From NCBI GenBank assembly GCA_046861645.1, contig JBHHUM010000003.1, positions 1-59,764 of the forward strand: a DNA stretch of 59,764 bases, given 5' to 3'. Positions 28,203 through 38,772 of the stretch are shown here, piece after piece. Each line of letters opens with the position of its first letter. The first letter of the stretch is position 1. The position numbers and the translations under genes are program-made. The stretch comes from Fidelibacterota bacterium (GTDB lineage Bacteria > Fidelibacterota > Marinisomatia > Marinisomatales > UBA2128). Under the pieces are notes generated by a model. That model searched no databases and was not told where the DNA came from. It saw only the letters and a program-made list of their open reading frames with translations.

Positions 28203-30194
28203 ATGACTGCTTCCAATAATAGAAAAATTTATCCTGATCTGGCACCTTTGAACGGTGAGAAAGTAAAGTATCCTGGGATACCTACAACTGCTGATGGAGC
28301 TGGTAGTATTGTCTGGGTAGAAACACACATATCTCAGGGAGCCGGTGCTTATCCAATCACTTCTTCTACGACTATGGGTAGTGGTTACCAGGTAGCTGTA
28401 GCAAAGGGATTACCCAACCTTTGGGGTGAGCAACTGGTTTTCATCGAACCAGAATCGGAGCACAGCTCAGCATCTGTTTGTGAGGGCTTTGCCTTAACCG
28501 GTGGAAGAGTGACAAACTTTACATCTGGTCAGGGTCTGGTCTTAATGAAGGAAGTTCTTTACACTATTTCCGGGAAGCGACTTCCGGTTGTATTTCATAT
28601 TGGTGCCAGGGCCCTTACATCGCAGTCTCTGAATGTACACGCTGGTCATGATGATGTGATGGCTGTTGCGGATTGTGGCTGGGGAATGCTTTTTGGCAGA
28701 AATGCTCAGGAATCTGGAGATCTTGCTCTGATCGCCCGTCGGACAGCAGAAGACTCACATACTCCCTTCTTCAATGTTATTGACGGTTTCCTTACCACAC
28801 ACACGATCCAGAATGTTGTGCTCTGTGAAAAAGAACTAATGATGGACTTTATTGGTAATCCTTATGAAAAACTGGTGAATCTCATGGACCCCCTTCATCC
28901 TGTTATGAGTGGTGTAGTACAAAACCAGGATAGTTACATGAAGGGAAAGATTGCTCAGCGTACTTATTATGATGAGGTGCAGTCTATTCTGGAAAGTGCA
29001 ATGGAAGAGTTTTACAATTTAACCGGTCGATGCTATGGAATGATTGAATCCTACCGGATGGAAGATGCTGAATATGCTATAGTCGGAATGGGGTCTATGA
29101 CCGAGACAGCGGAAACAGCTGTGGATCTGGTGCGAGAGAAAGAAGGTATTAAAGTTGGAGTAGTACATATTACCAGTTTTCGACCTTTTCCTGCCAATCA
29201 TATTGTAGCTGCATTAAAGTCGTTAAAGACGGTCACTGTTGTAGAACGGATGGATAATCCCATGGCAGAATCAAATCCCCTGACTATGGAAATCAAGGCT
29301 GCTTTCGCAACCGCACTCGGTCAAGGAGAAATCTCCTCCATTCCAAAAGTATTTTCCGGTTCTGCCGGTCTTGGGAGTCGGGATCTGCGACCAGCAGATT
29401 TCATTGCTGTTATTCATAATATGATTGAAGGAGGCGAGGATAAGAAATACTTCTGTCTTGGTATCGATCATGATCTGGCTCTTAAACGAGAGGGTGATCC
29501 TGATGTCCGACCACTCGGATCTTTTTCCATGCGGGGTCATTCAGTTGGAGGATATGGTTCTGTAACAACTAATAAAATCATTGCTACGATCATTGAAGAT
29601 CTCTTCAAATTGCATGTCCAGGCCTATCCCAAGTATGGTTCTGAGAAAAAAGGGTTACCTACAACCTACTATTTGACCATATCTCCCGAAAAAGTACGAA
29701 CCCACTGCGAGCTGCACCATGTAGAGTTTGTCCCCATGAATGATGTGAATGCTTTTAATCTGGGTAATCCTCTAACAGGTTTGAATCCCGGTGGAATTAT
29801 TTTTATTCAGACCAGCAAAACCGATCCAGAAGAAACCTGTAAGTACATTCCTCGTTGGGCTCGTGAATTTATTATTAAAAACGGAATCCGCACCTTTGCT
29901 TTGGATACAGTGAAAATAGCTAAGGAGGTCTCATCCCGACCTGATCTAGAACAAAGAATGCAGGGGATTGTACTTTTAGGTATTTTCTTGAAAGTTACCC
30001 CTTTTAGAGAGCAAAGCGGTATTTCTGATGATGAACTTATGAAAGGAGTGGAACGATCTATCAGAAAGTATTTTGGTAAAAGAGGTGAACAGGTTGTTCA
30101 GGATAATTTACTTGCTGTGCGACGGGGGTATAACGAGGTGTTTGAAATCCCTCTGGAGTTTATGGAAACCGCTGCTCCCAAAGTCATAGCGTAA
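28203..30194 (+). CDS. 2-oxoacid:ferredoxin oxidoreductase, fused alpha+gamma domains (PFOR domains I-II-III)
   Basis: GAGAYPITSSTTMG and ESEHSSASVCEGFALTGGR (alpha); KYGSEKKGLPT (gamma). ATG 28203 is preceded by GGAGGA; the track start at 28182 is a TTG. Confidence 0.85.
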   Translation: MTASNNRKIYPDLAPLNGEKVKYPGIPTTADGAGSIVWVETHISQGAGAYPITSSTTMGSGYQVAVAKGLPNLWGEQLVFIEPESEHSSASVCEGFALTGGRVTNFTSGQGLVLMKEVLYTISGKRLPVVFHIGARALTSQSLNVHAGHDDVMAVADCGWGMLFGRNAQESGDLALIARRTAEDSHTPFFNVIDGFLTTHTIQNVVLCEKELMMDFIGNPYEKLVNLMDPLHPVMSGVVQNQDSYMKGKIAQRTYYDEVQSILESAMEEFYNLTGRCYGMIESYRMEDAEYAIVGMGSMTETAETAVDLVREKEGIKVGVVHITSFRPFPANHIVAALKSLKTVTVVERMDNPMAESNPLTMEIKAAFATALGQGEISSIPKVFSGSAGLGSRDLRPADFIAVIHNMIEGGEDKKYFCLGIDHDLALKREGDPDVRPLGSFSMRGHSVGGYGSVTTNKIIATIIEDLFKLHVQAYPKYGSEKKGLPTTYYLTISPEKVRTHCELHHVEFVPMNDVNAFNLGNPLTGLNPGGIIFIQTSKTDPEETCKYIPRWAREFIIKNGIRTFALDTVKIAKEVSSRPDLEQRMQGIVLLGIFLKVTPFREQSGISDDELMKGVERSIRKYFGKRGEQVVQDNLLAVRRGYNEVFEIPLEFMETAAPKVIA

Positions 30195-30209
30195 CTGGAG
30201 ATATCAGAA

Positions 30210-31784
30210 GTGACAAATAACGGACATACTTTTAAAAAAACGGCTTTAGACGTTTTGGATGTCGCCGATTTTAACGACCGTATTGTAGGTGCTTATAATG
30301 ACAGTAGTGCTGAAGAAGGGTTGCCTGCTGATGATTCTACTGCTCGAAGCCTTATTGCTGCAGGTACTGGAGTATATCGTGACTTCAGCTACATTGCACC
30401 TGAAATTCCAGAGTTCATCGCTGAGAATTGTGTTGGCTGTATGGAATGTGTAGTCGAATGTCCCGACACTGCTATTCTGGGGAAAGCAATTCCAGAATCA
30501 AAACTCCAAGCAGAACTGGTTAAGGCTAATGGAGAGGGTACGATGTTGGCTGTTCATTGGGCTGAGACAAATAAATACTATAAAGGATCAGAGAAGCGGG
30601 GTTTGGAACCCGCCAAGTTCGGAATCTTCATCGATCCAACTAAATGTAAAGGGTGTGGTGAATGTGTAGAAGCTTGTGGAGATCATAAAGCACTCAAAAT
30701 GATAACCAAGGAAGAAGATACTATTCCACAATATCAGAAAGCCTTTGATTTTTATCATCAAGTAGGGCCAACACCTTCAGAATACATCCAGGAGAAGATT
30801 TTAGCTGATATGATGTTGGCTGATGATTCGTTACTTTATGTGGGCGGTGCTGGAAGTTGTATGGGTTGTGGCGAAGCTACCACACTCAGGATGATGCTGG
30901 CCGCAACAGGTTTTGTTCATGGCCGGGAAAATATTGGAATTGTTGCTTCCACCGGTTGTAATACTGTTTATGGCTCTACATACCCGTATAATCCCTATCT
31001 GGTACCGTGGGTGAATTCTCTATTTGAGAATAGTCCAGCTGTTGCAATGGGTGTTCGTGCCCGGTGGAATGCTCTGGGTTGGGATAACAAAAAATTGTGG
31101 TGCATTGGAGGTGACGGTGCTATGCTTGACATCGGTTTTCAATCCCTTTCCAGAATGTTAATGTCTGGGTTGGATATCAACGTGATGATTCTAGATACTC
31201 AAGTTTATTCTAATACGGGTGGACAAACTTCCACAGGATCTTACATGGGTCAGGAAGCCAAAATGTCTGCTCATGGCAAAGCCCTTAGAGGGAAAACGGA
31301 AAGGCGTAAAGAGTTAGGTCAAATCGCAATGATGCATCCTGATATTTTCGTGGCTCAGACTACAGCAGCTCATATTAACCATTTTTATCGGGCAATCATT
31401 GCTGCAAATGAATATCCTGGTCCTGCAGTAATAAATGTTTACACTACCTGCCAACCTGAACATGGGGTGGCTGATGATATGGCTATGAATCAGGCTAAAC
31501 TCGCAACGGATACCAGAACATTTCCAATTTTCATCTATGATCCTCGCCGGGGAGATACTATTGCCAGCAGGTTGAGCCTGCAGGGAAATCCGGCTCAGAA
31601 AGAGGATTGGTATAAAAATCCAAAAACAGGTGAAGTTATAGATTTCATCGCTTTCGCAAGATCGGAGGGACGTTTCGCAAAGCAGTTTGATACCGATGGA
31701 AATCCCTCTGAGGCATTGTTGCTGGCGAGAGAAGATCGGTTACAGAACTGGCACTTTCTTCAGGAATTAGCTGGGATTCGGTGA
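30210..31784 (+). CDS. 2-oxoacid:ferredoxin oxidoreductase, fused delta (2x[4Fe-4S]) + beta (TPP-binding) domains
   Basis: CVGCMECVVECP and CKGCGECVEACG ferredoxin motifs, then GCGEAT... and the CIGGDGAMLDIGFQSL TPP motif. GTG start. Confidence 0.85.
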   Translation: MTNNGHTFKKTALDVLDVADFNDRIVGAYNDSSAEEGLPADDSTARSLIAAGTGVYRDFSYIAPEIPEFIAENCVGCMECVVECPDTAILGKAIPESKLQAELVKANGEGTMLAVHWAETNKYYKGSEKRGLEPAKFGIFIDPTKCKGCGECVEACGDHKALKMITKEEDTIPQYQKAFDFYHQVGPTPSEYIQEKILADMMLADDSLLYVGGAGSCMGCGEATTLRMMLAATGFVHGRENIGIVASTGCNTVYGSTYPYNPYLVPWVNSLFENSPAVAMGVRARWNALGWDNKKLWCIGGDGAMLDIGFQSLSRMLMSGLDINVMILDTQVYSNTGGQTSTGSYMGQEAKMSAHGKALRGKTERRKELGQIAMMHPDIFVAQTTAAHINHFYRAIIAANEYPGPAVINVYTTCQPEHGVADDMAMNQAKLATDTRTFPIFIYDPRRGDTIASRLSLQGNPAQKEDWYKNPKTGEVIDFIAFARSEGRFAKQFDTDGNPSEALLLAREDRLQNWHFLQELAGIR

Positions 31785-32815
31785 AACGACCAGAAATAAT
31801 CATGAACCGCTGGGGTGAAATACATAATCTTATACAAGATGCTAAACGGATTCTGTTAAGTACTCACGTTAATCCTGATGGAGATGGTTTGGGGTCTGAA
31901 GCAGCTCTTTATTACTGGTTCCAAAAACAGGGTAAGGATTGCCGAATTTTGAATCCGTCAGGACTCTCAGAAGAGTACCAGCAGGTTTTTGATTTTACAA
32001 AATTCGAAGAGTACGACCAGGCAGCACATAGAGATTGGTTAAGTGAGGTGGATTTAGCCATGATATTTGATATTGGTGAATTCAACCGATTGCAGGAATT
32101 AGGACAGGATCTTAAGGATTTGGGAATTACTACAGTCAGTATTGATCACCATCCTCACCGGAATCCCAATGGTTTTATGTATACCGTTCATGATCTTTCT
32201 GCCAGTGCTACTGGATACCTCATTTACGAGTATATGAGATACGCTAGTGAACAGGCCGGAGAAGAGCTGATTCTTGACCATCGAGAGGCGGAAGGATTGT
32301 ACGTGGCGTTAATGACGGATACGGGTTCTTTCCGATATAGTAATACGACTCCAGAAGCTCATGAAATGGCCAGGGATCTCATCCGTCAGGGCGTAGAGCC
32401 TTATGTACTCTATGCAGCGTTGTACGAATCAAGTCCCATTGAACGAATGAAGCTTCTCGGTGCTGCTTTAGAAACCATTACCCTTGCTGCGGGTGGAGCT
32501 CTGGCATGGTTTAAAGTTACTCAGGATATGATGTGGCGAATCGGTGCGAAGTCTGAGCATATCGATGGATTTACTGACATGGTAAGATCTGTTAAAGGTG
32601 CTGAAGTAGCCCTCATGTTTCACGAGCAAGGAAAAGAGCGTTGTCGAATTAATTTTCGTTCCAAAGGTAAGATTAAGATTAATGCTTTAGCCCGTAAATT
32701 AGGTGGTGGTGGTCATGAATTTGCTGCCGGTGCTACACTCCATATGTCTCTTGATAAAGCTTTAAAACAGATTGTACCTTTAGTGGAAGCTGAAATTAAA
32801 GCTCAACTGACTTAA
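31781..32815 (+). CDS. nrnA: DHH/DHHA1 phosphoesterase, NrnA-like oligoribonuclease/pAp phosphatase
   Basis: HVNPDGDGLGS, SIDHHP and GGGGHEFAAGA motifs. Confidence 0.8.
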   Translation: MKRPEIIMNRWGEIHNLIQDAKRILLSTHVNPDGDGLGSEAALYYWFQKQGKDCRILNPSGLSEEYQQVFDFTKFEEYDQAAHRDWLSEVDLAMIFDIGEFNRLQELGQDLKDLGITTVSIDHHPHRNPNGFMYTVHDLSASATGYLIYEYMRYASEQAGEELILDHREAEGLYVALMTDTGSFRYSNTTPEAHEMARDLIRQGVEPYVLYAALYESSPIERMKLLGAALETITLAAGGALAWFKVTQDMMWRIGAKSEHIDGFTDMVRSVKGAEVALMFHEQGKERCRINFRSKGKIKINALARKLGGGGHEFAAGATLHMSLDKALKQIVPLVEAEIKAQLT

Positions 32816-32820
32816 TTATT

Positions 32821-33672
32821 ATGAAAATAGTGATAGCTAAAGATGCTGGCTACTGTTTTGGTGTACGGGATGCTGTTAACCTTGCCTACGAGAGTACCGC
32901 TAAGCACGGTGATGTATATATGTTAGGTACTATCGTCCACAATGAACGAGTAATACAAGACCTTAACGATGCTGGTACAAAGGTGGTAAAGAATCTCTCC
33001 GACGTTCCTAAAAATTCGCCCATTCTGTTCAGGGCTCATGGTACTTCTACAGAAGTCTGGGAACATGCAAAACAAAAGGAAATGAATATCATCGATGCTA
33101 CCTGTCCCTTGGTAAGGGAAATCCATGATGAAGTAAGGAAACTGGCAGCAGAAGATCGCCCCGTCATTATTATTGGTGATCATGGACATGATGAAGTGGT
33201 AGGTATTGCCAGTCAGGTAGAAGAGGCTACTATTATCGCTACTCCCGAGGAAGCGGAGAGTCTAAGGAAAATGAAAACAGCGGGTGTTGTAAGTCAATCG
33301 ACACAAACAATAGAAAATGTTCAGGCAATTATCAATATCCTTATGACAAAAATCTTCGATCTGAGATTTGTAAATACACTTTGTTTCCCGACGAAAAGGA
33401 ATCAGGCACAGAGCCAGGAACTGGCCAGAAAGTGTGACGTAATGATAATTATTGGTTCATTTACCAGTGCTAATTCGAAAAGACTAACGAAGCTGGCAGG
33501 TGAGATCAATTCTTGTACTCATCAAGTGAATTCTGCTGAGGAAGTGCAGGATCACTGGTTCGATGGTGTCGAGATAGTGGGTATTTCTGCAGGGGCATCC
33601 ACACCAGATTATCTTATCGAAGAGGTTCGTGAAAAAATCGAATTGTTCTCAGAAAGACTTCAGGAGGTTTAG
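32821..33672 (+). CDS. ispH: 4-hydroxy-3-methylbut-2-enyl diphosphate reductase
   Basis: [24 protein letters not shown] and SANSKRL motifs. Confidence 0.95.
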   Translation: MKIVIAKDAGYCFGVRDAVNLAYESTAKHGDVYMLGTIVHNERVIQDLNDAGTKVVKNLSDVPKNSPILFRAHGTSTEVWEHAKQKEMNIIDATCPLVREIHDEVRKLAAEDRPVIIIGDHGHDEVVGIASQVEEATIIATPEEAESLRKMKTAGVVSQSTQTIENVQAIINILMTKIFDLRFVNTLCFPTKRNQAQSQELARKCDVMIIIGSFTSANSKRLTKLAGEINSCTHQVNSAEEVQDHWFDGVEIVGISAGASTPDYLIEEVREKIELFSERLQEV

Positions 33673-33676
33673 TGCT

Positions 33677-34558
33677 ATGGAAAAAGGATCATTTGATGTT
33701 AAGGTAGGCTTGGCAGAGATGTTAAAAGGTGGTGTCATTATGGATGTTACCACTTCTGAACAAGCTGTAATTGCAGAAGATGCTGGAGCAGCAGCGGTTA
33801 TGGCTCTGGAAAGAATTCCGGCTGATATACGTGAACATGGAGGCATTGCCCGTATGTCTCAGCCAGCCATGATTAAGGAAATCCAGGAGAGGGTTTCCAT
33901 CCCAGTAATGGCAAAATGTCGAATTGGTCATTTTGCTGAAGCTCAGATTTTAGAAGCCATCGGAGTTGATTTTATTGACGAGAGTGAGGTGTTAACACCT
34001 GCTGATGAAACCAACCACATAAATAAGCAAGCTTTTAAGGTACCTTTTGTTTGCGGTTGTCGTGATCTGGGTGAAGCCCTTCGCCGAGTAGGAGAAGGAG
34101 CTGCCATGATTCGCACTAAAGGAGAAGCTGGTAGTGGTAATATTGTTGAAGCAGTGCGGCATATGAGAATGGTCCAAAACCAGATCAAGGAGTTAACAGT
34201 TCTCGGTAGTGAAGAATTAATGGCCAAGGCAAAAGAACTGGGTGCTCCTTTTGCCCTTGTAAAGCAAGTATCTAAATTGGGAAAGCTGCCTGTACCCAAT
34301 TTCGCTGCTGGTGGAATTGCTACACCTGCTGATGCTTCCCTGATGATGCAACTGGGAGCGGAGAGTGTATTCGTGGGATCGGGAATCTTCAAGTCTGAAG
34401 ATCCACCAGCTCGTGCTAAGGCGATTGTTTCAGCCGTAACCTATTTTGATGACCCCGAGAAATTGGCTGAAGTCTCCTATGGACTCAAGGAAGCTATGAA
34501 GGGATTGGACATGTCCGAAATTCCAGAAGAACAACGTATGCAGGAACGCGGCTGGTAG
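33677..34558 (+). CDS. pdxS: Pyridoxal 5'-phosphate synthase lyase subunit PdxS
   Basis: [31 protein letters not shown] and [12 protein letters not shown] 33677 is preceded by AGGAGG; the track start at 33629 overlaps ispH. Confidence 0.95.
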   Translation: MEKGSFDVKVGLAEMLKGGVIMDVTTSEQAVIAEDAGAAAVMALERIPADIREHGGIARMSQPAMIKEIQERVSIPVMAKCRIGHFAEAQILEAIGVDFIDESEVLTPADETNHINKQAFKVPFVCGCRDLGEALRRVGEGAAMIRTKGEAGSGNIVEAVRHMRMVQNQIKELTVLGSEELMAKAKELGAPFALVKQVSKLGKLPVPNFAAGGIATPADASLMMQLGAESVFVGSGIFKSEDPPARAKAIVSAVTYFDDPEKLAEVSYGLKEAMKGLDMSEIPEEQRMQERGW

Positions 34559-35142
34559 TGACAGTTGTAGGTATACTTAGCCTGCAGGGTGCATTTGCTC
34601 GTCATCGGGAAATGTTAAGTACTATTGGAGTCTATGTACAAAACGTACGTTATACCGATGATTTGGATAAGTGTCAGGGATTGATCATCCCCGGAGGTGA
34701 ATCCACAACCATATCTAAGTTGATGGACGAAAGTGGACTAAGATCGGCAGTTCTTGACTTTGCCAGAAAGAAGTCTATTTTGGGTACCTGCGCTGGAATG
34801 ATTCTCTTAGCCCAGGATACAAATGATGAAAAGGTTAATCCTCTTGGACTTATTGATATGAAGGTTTCCCGCAATGCTTATGGTCGTCAGGTGGATTCTT
34901 TTATAACTTCCCTTGAATTGAGTCTAAATGGCTCTTCAGAAACGACGAAAGGAGTATTTATCAGGGCGCCACGCGTCACTTCTTACGGGAAAGAAGTAGA
35001 GATTTTAGCCAGTATTGAAGAGGAACCGGTTCTGGTGAAACAGGGGTTACATATAGCATGCTCATTTCACCCGGAATTATCAGGAAATAGTAATATACAC
35101 CACTATTTTATAAAATTAATAGAAGGAGATTCCTCCAGTTGA
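34558..35142 (+). CDS. pdxT: Pyridoxal 5'-phosphate synthase glutaminase subunit PdxT
   Basis: LSLQGAF..H, IIPGGESTT, GTCAGMILL and FHPE motifs. GTG start overlaps the pdxS stop. Confidence 0.9.
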   Translation: MTVVGILSLQGAFARHREMLSTIGVYVQNVRYTDDLDKCQGLIIPGGESTTISKLMDESGLRSAVLDFARKKSILGTCAGMILLAQDTNDEKVNPLGLIDMKVSRNAYGRQVDSFITSLELSLNGSSETTKGVFIRAPRVTSYGKEVEILASIEEEPVLVKQGLHIACSFHPELSGNSNIHHYFIKLIEGDSSS

Positions 35143-37028
35143 ATATGGAAAAATTAAAAACTATTCACTCACCTGCTGATCTTCGCGGTCTTTCTCTAGA
35201 AGAACTTAAAGAGATTTGTAGTGAGCTGCGCTCCTACATTATGGAAGTTGTTGAAGAAAAGGGGGGACATTTTGCTTCCCCATTGGGGGTGGTTGAACTC
35301 ACCGTAGCTTTGCATAAGGTATTTGACACTCCTGAAGATAAGTTGATTTGGGATGTAGGTCATCAGGCATACGCCCATAAGATTATTACCGGGAGAAGAG
35401 AATCCTTTCCCACTTTGCGACAGGATGGAGGCATTAGTGGGTATCTTCGGAGGGAAGAAAGTGAATATGACGTGTTTGGCGCTGGCCATGCCAGCACTTC
35501 TATCTCCGCAGGTGTGGGGATTGCCGAAGCTAGAAAACTTAAAGGTAGTTCGGAGCGGATAGTTGCTATCATTGGTGACGGTGCCATGACTGGTGGGTTG
35601 GCTTATGAAGGATTAAATAATGCAACTCAGATCAAGGGACAATTCCTCATCGTGCTCAATGATAATCAAATGTCCATATCACCTACTGTTGGCGCCCTAT
35701 CACATTATCTGACAAAAGTGGTGACTAAACCTTTATACAATCGTGTTCGGGACGAAATCTGGAGAATAACAGGTAAATTACCTAAGATTTCTGGAGCGGT
35801 AAGGCGTTTTCTTCATACCCTGCAAGAAGGATTAAAGAGCTTTCTTGTTCCCGGGATTATTTTTGAGGAGTTGGGAATACGTTATTTCGGTCCCATCGAT
35901 GGTCAAAATATGGACGAGCTAATAGTTACTTTGGAAAACCTCAAGGATTTTCCTCATCCTGTGGTTTTACATGTTTTGACGAAAAAAGGGGCTGGGCATA
36001 AGGAAGCAGAACTGGATTCTTTAAAATGGTATAGCATGAGTGGGAAACCATCGGATAATGGTCAAGAATTTCCTGCAGCTCCAGACTATAGTAAGGTAGC
36101 AGGTAAAATTGCCTGTGAAATGGCTGAGCGGGATGAAAAAGTCTGTGCCGTAGTGGCTGCTATGCGTGAAGGCACCGGACTGACAGAATTCCACGATCGA
36201 TTTCCAGAACGTTTTTTTGATGCCGGTATTGCTGAGGGACATGCAGTTACTTTTGCAGCAGGACTTTCTATCTCAGGAATGAAACCACTGGTAGCAATTT
36301 ATTCCACTTTTCTCCAACGAAGTTATGATATGATTATTCATGATGTAGCCCTGCAAAATCTTCCGGTCATCTTTGCCCTGGATCGGGCCGGAGTTGTTGG
36401 ACCTGATGGTCCTACTCACCACGGTGTATTTGATCTTGCTTACTTACGAATGATTCCGGGGTTAACGGTGGCAGCTCCTAAAAATGGAAATGAACTACGC
36501 CATCTCCTTATGACTGCCCTGGAAAAATCTGAGGGTCCTTTTGCTGTTCGTTATCCCAAAGCTTCGAGTGTTGAATTTGATGAGAATGGCTCACCTGAAA
36601 TCTTGGAAATTGGAAGTTGGGAAATTGTCCAACCGGGTAGTGGTATGACAATATTAGCAGTAGGCAGCATGGTTAGCGAAGCGGAAAAAGCTCTAACTCT
36701 CTTGGACGGTAAATATCTCCCTCAAATAGTGAACGCCCGTTTTATTAAACCGTTGGATGAAAAGCTCTTAAGACAACTAATGAATGATTTTGAGGCAATC
36801 CTGACGATTGAAGAGGGAGTCTTATCTGGTGGTTTTGGTTCGGCAGTATTGACTTGGTTAAATGAACATGGTTATGAAGGTCATTTTCAAAGATTAGGCA
36901 TTCCAGATGAATTTGTACAACATGGTAGTAGAGAATCTCTACTCTATCAAATTCAGCTTACTGCCGAGGGTATAGCCGATCGAATTCGAGGAATATTTAT
37001 CGATACCAGGGTCGGTGTAACCATCTAA
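35139..37028 (+). CDS. dxs: 1-deoxy-D-xylulose-5-phosphate synthase
   Basis: GGHFASPLGVVELTVALH, DVGHQAYAHKIITGR, GDGAMTGG and DRAGVVGPDGPTHHG. The start could be ATG 35145. Confidence 0.95.
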   Translation: MNMEKLKTIHSPADLRGLSLEELKEICSELRSYIMEVVEEKGGHFASPLGVVELTVALHKVFDTPEDKLIWDVGHQAYAHKIITGRRESFPTLRQDGGISGYLRREESEYDVFGAGHASTSISAGVGIAEARKLKGSSERIVAIIGDGAMTGGLAYEGLNNATQIKGQFLIVLNDNQMSISPTVGALSHYLTKVVTKPLYNRVRDEIWRITGKLPKISGAVRRFLHTLQEGLKSFLVPGIIFEELGIRYFGPIDGQNMDELIVTLENLKDFPHPVVLHVLTKKGAGHKEAELDSLKWYSMSGKPSDNGQEFPAAPDYSKVAGKIACEMAERDEKVCAVVAAMREGTGLTEFHDRFPERFFDAGIAEGHAVTFAAGLSISGMKPLVAIYSTFLQRSYDMIIHDVALQNLPVIFALDRAGVVGPDGPTHHGVFDLAYLRMIPGLTVAAPKNGNELRHLLMTALEKSEGPFAVRYPKASSVEFDENGSPEILEIGSWEIVQPGSGMTILAVGSMVSEAEKALTLLDGKYLPQIVNARFIKPLDEKLLRQLMNDFEAILTIEEGVLSGGFGSAVLTWLNEHGYEGHFQRLGIPDEFVQHGSRESLLYQIQLTAEGIADRIRGIFIDTRVGVTI

Positions 37029-37035
37029 CAATCTA

Positions 37036-38772
37036 ATGAACTCTGCTCTCCTGGCGTTGCTTGGACTAACTGTGTTTTTTTTAGGCTACCGCTTTTACTC
37101 CCATTGGATTGCAAAACATATTTATGATCTTTCTGATAATATTGTGACCCCAGCTCACGAGTTTCGGGATGGGATTGATTATCTTCCTACCAAAAAACAT
37201 ATCCTCTTCGGTCATCACTATGTGTCGATCGCTGGGGCTGCACCAATAGTCGGTCCCTGTGTCGCTGCTTACTGGGGGTGGTTGCCGGCCTTGCTGTGGG
37301 TTGTTCTTGGGACGGTCTTCATGGGTGCTGTCCATGATTTTGGCGCTCTGGTGATTAGTCTTAAAGAAAAAGGCAGATCTATTGCTGATATTACCAGTAA
37401 AGTCATCAATAACCGTACTCGAATTATGTTTCTTACATTTGTCTTGATGCTTACCTGGCTGGTGTTGGCTGTTTTCGCCATGGTTATTGCAGGATTATTT
37501 GTCTCTGTTCCCGAATCAGTCCTTCCCATCAATATTGAAATAATTCTTGCACTTGGAATGGGTTGGTTACTTTATAAAAAAGGTGTCCGTAGCTTAATAC
37601 CTTCATTGGTTGCTTTGGGGATGCTGTATCTCTTTGTGTGGATAGGTTCTTCCAATCCGATTAGTCTGAACTTGTCTTCGGAAGCAGCCACTTCAACTTG
37701 GGTAGTGTTACTATTTGCCTATTCTGCAGTAGTCTCCCTGCTTCCTGTTTGGACGTTACTTCAACCACGAGATTATATTAACAGTCATCAACTCTTTGTT
37801 GGACTGGGATTGCTGTTTCTGGGTATTTTTATTGCTCAACCACTCCTTGACGCTCCCGCCATTCGCAGTGGTGTAGAGGGAGGTGCTCCCCCCTTATTTC
37901 CTCTTATATTCGTTACCATAGCTTGTGGAGCAATCAGTGGTTTTCATGGACTAGTGGCATCAGGTACAACCTCTAAACAAGTAGACAAATTAGCTCATGC
38001 CCGTATGATCGGATATGGGGGAATGCTTGGTGAAGGAACCCTGGCGATAGCTTCAACTTTGGCTGCGGTAGCTGGTATAGCTTTGGTAGCAAATTGTACC
38101 CTTCCTTCTATAGGTAGTGTAGACAATCTTTCTTGGGCTATATATTATGATTCCTGGCAACACGCCAGTAGCAATAAAGCTACCGCTTTTGTCTTGGGTG
38201 GAGGTGCACTTATTGAATCACTGGGTATTCAGGCACAGGTGGCTAAAACATTGATGGCAGTACTGGTCATATCATTTGCCGCGACGACCCTGGATACAGC
38301 TACTCGGATTCAACGCTTTGTTATTGCCGAATTAGGAAAGGCTATCAATTTCAATCAGCTTACAAATCGGTATATAGCTACTATCGCAGCAGTCCTTCCA
38401 GCAGTTGTTCTAACTATGTGGAATATTCCTCTTGGGGGGGAAGTTAAACAGGTCGGATGGGTGTTATGGCCTATATTTGGGGCCAGCAATCAAATGCTGG
38501 CCGCTTTGACTCTAATGGTGATGACTCTTTATTTTTGGCAACGGAAAAAACCTATTTTACCGCTCTTAATCCCGATGATTTTTATTATGTGTGTTACTCT
38601 CATTACTTTGGTGTTAAAAACTGGGGAGTTCTTCAACGAAAATAGCTTGTTACTGAGTATCAATCTAATTTTAATGGGATTAATATTATGGATGATATTT
38701 GAAGGCGTCATGACAATTAAGCGTTTAAGATCGATGGATGTGAATTCAGGGGGTAAACTTGAGTTCGACTAA
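37036..38772 (+). CDS. cstA: Carbon starvation protein CstA (peptide/pyruvate transporter family)
   Basis: Polytopic, 578 aa. [17 protein letters not shown] and [14 protein letters not shown] motifs. Confidence 0.85.
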   Translation: MNSALLALLGLTVFFLGYRFYSHWIAKHIYDLSDNIVTPAHEFRDGIDYLPTKKHILFGHHYVSIAGAAPIVGPCVAAYWGWLPALLWVVLGTVFMGAVHDFGALVISLKEKGRSIADITSKVINNRTRIMFLTFVLMLTWLVLAVFAMVIAGLFVSVPESVLPINIEIILALGMGWLLYKKGVRSLIPSLVALGMLYLFVWIGSSNPISLNLSSEAATSTWVVLLFAYSAVVSLLPVWTLLQPRDYINSHQLFVGLGLLFLGIFIAQPLLDAPAIRSGVEGGAPPLFPLIFVTIACGAISGFHGLVASGTTSKQVDKLAHARMIGYGGMLGEGTLAIASTLAAVAGIALVANCTLPSIGSVDNLSWAIYYDSWQHASSNKATAFVLGGGALIESLGIQAQVAKTLMAVLVISFAATTLDTATRIQRFVIAELGKAINFNQLTNRYIATIAAVLPAVVLTMWNIPLGGEVKQVGWVLWPIFGASNQMLAALTLMVMTLYFWQRKKPILPLLIPMIFIMCVTLITLVLKTGEFFNENSLLLSINLILMGLILWMIFEGVMTIKRLRSMDVNSGGKLEFD

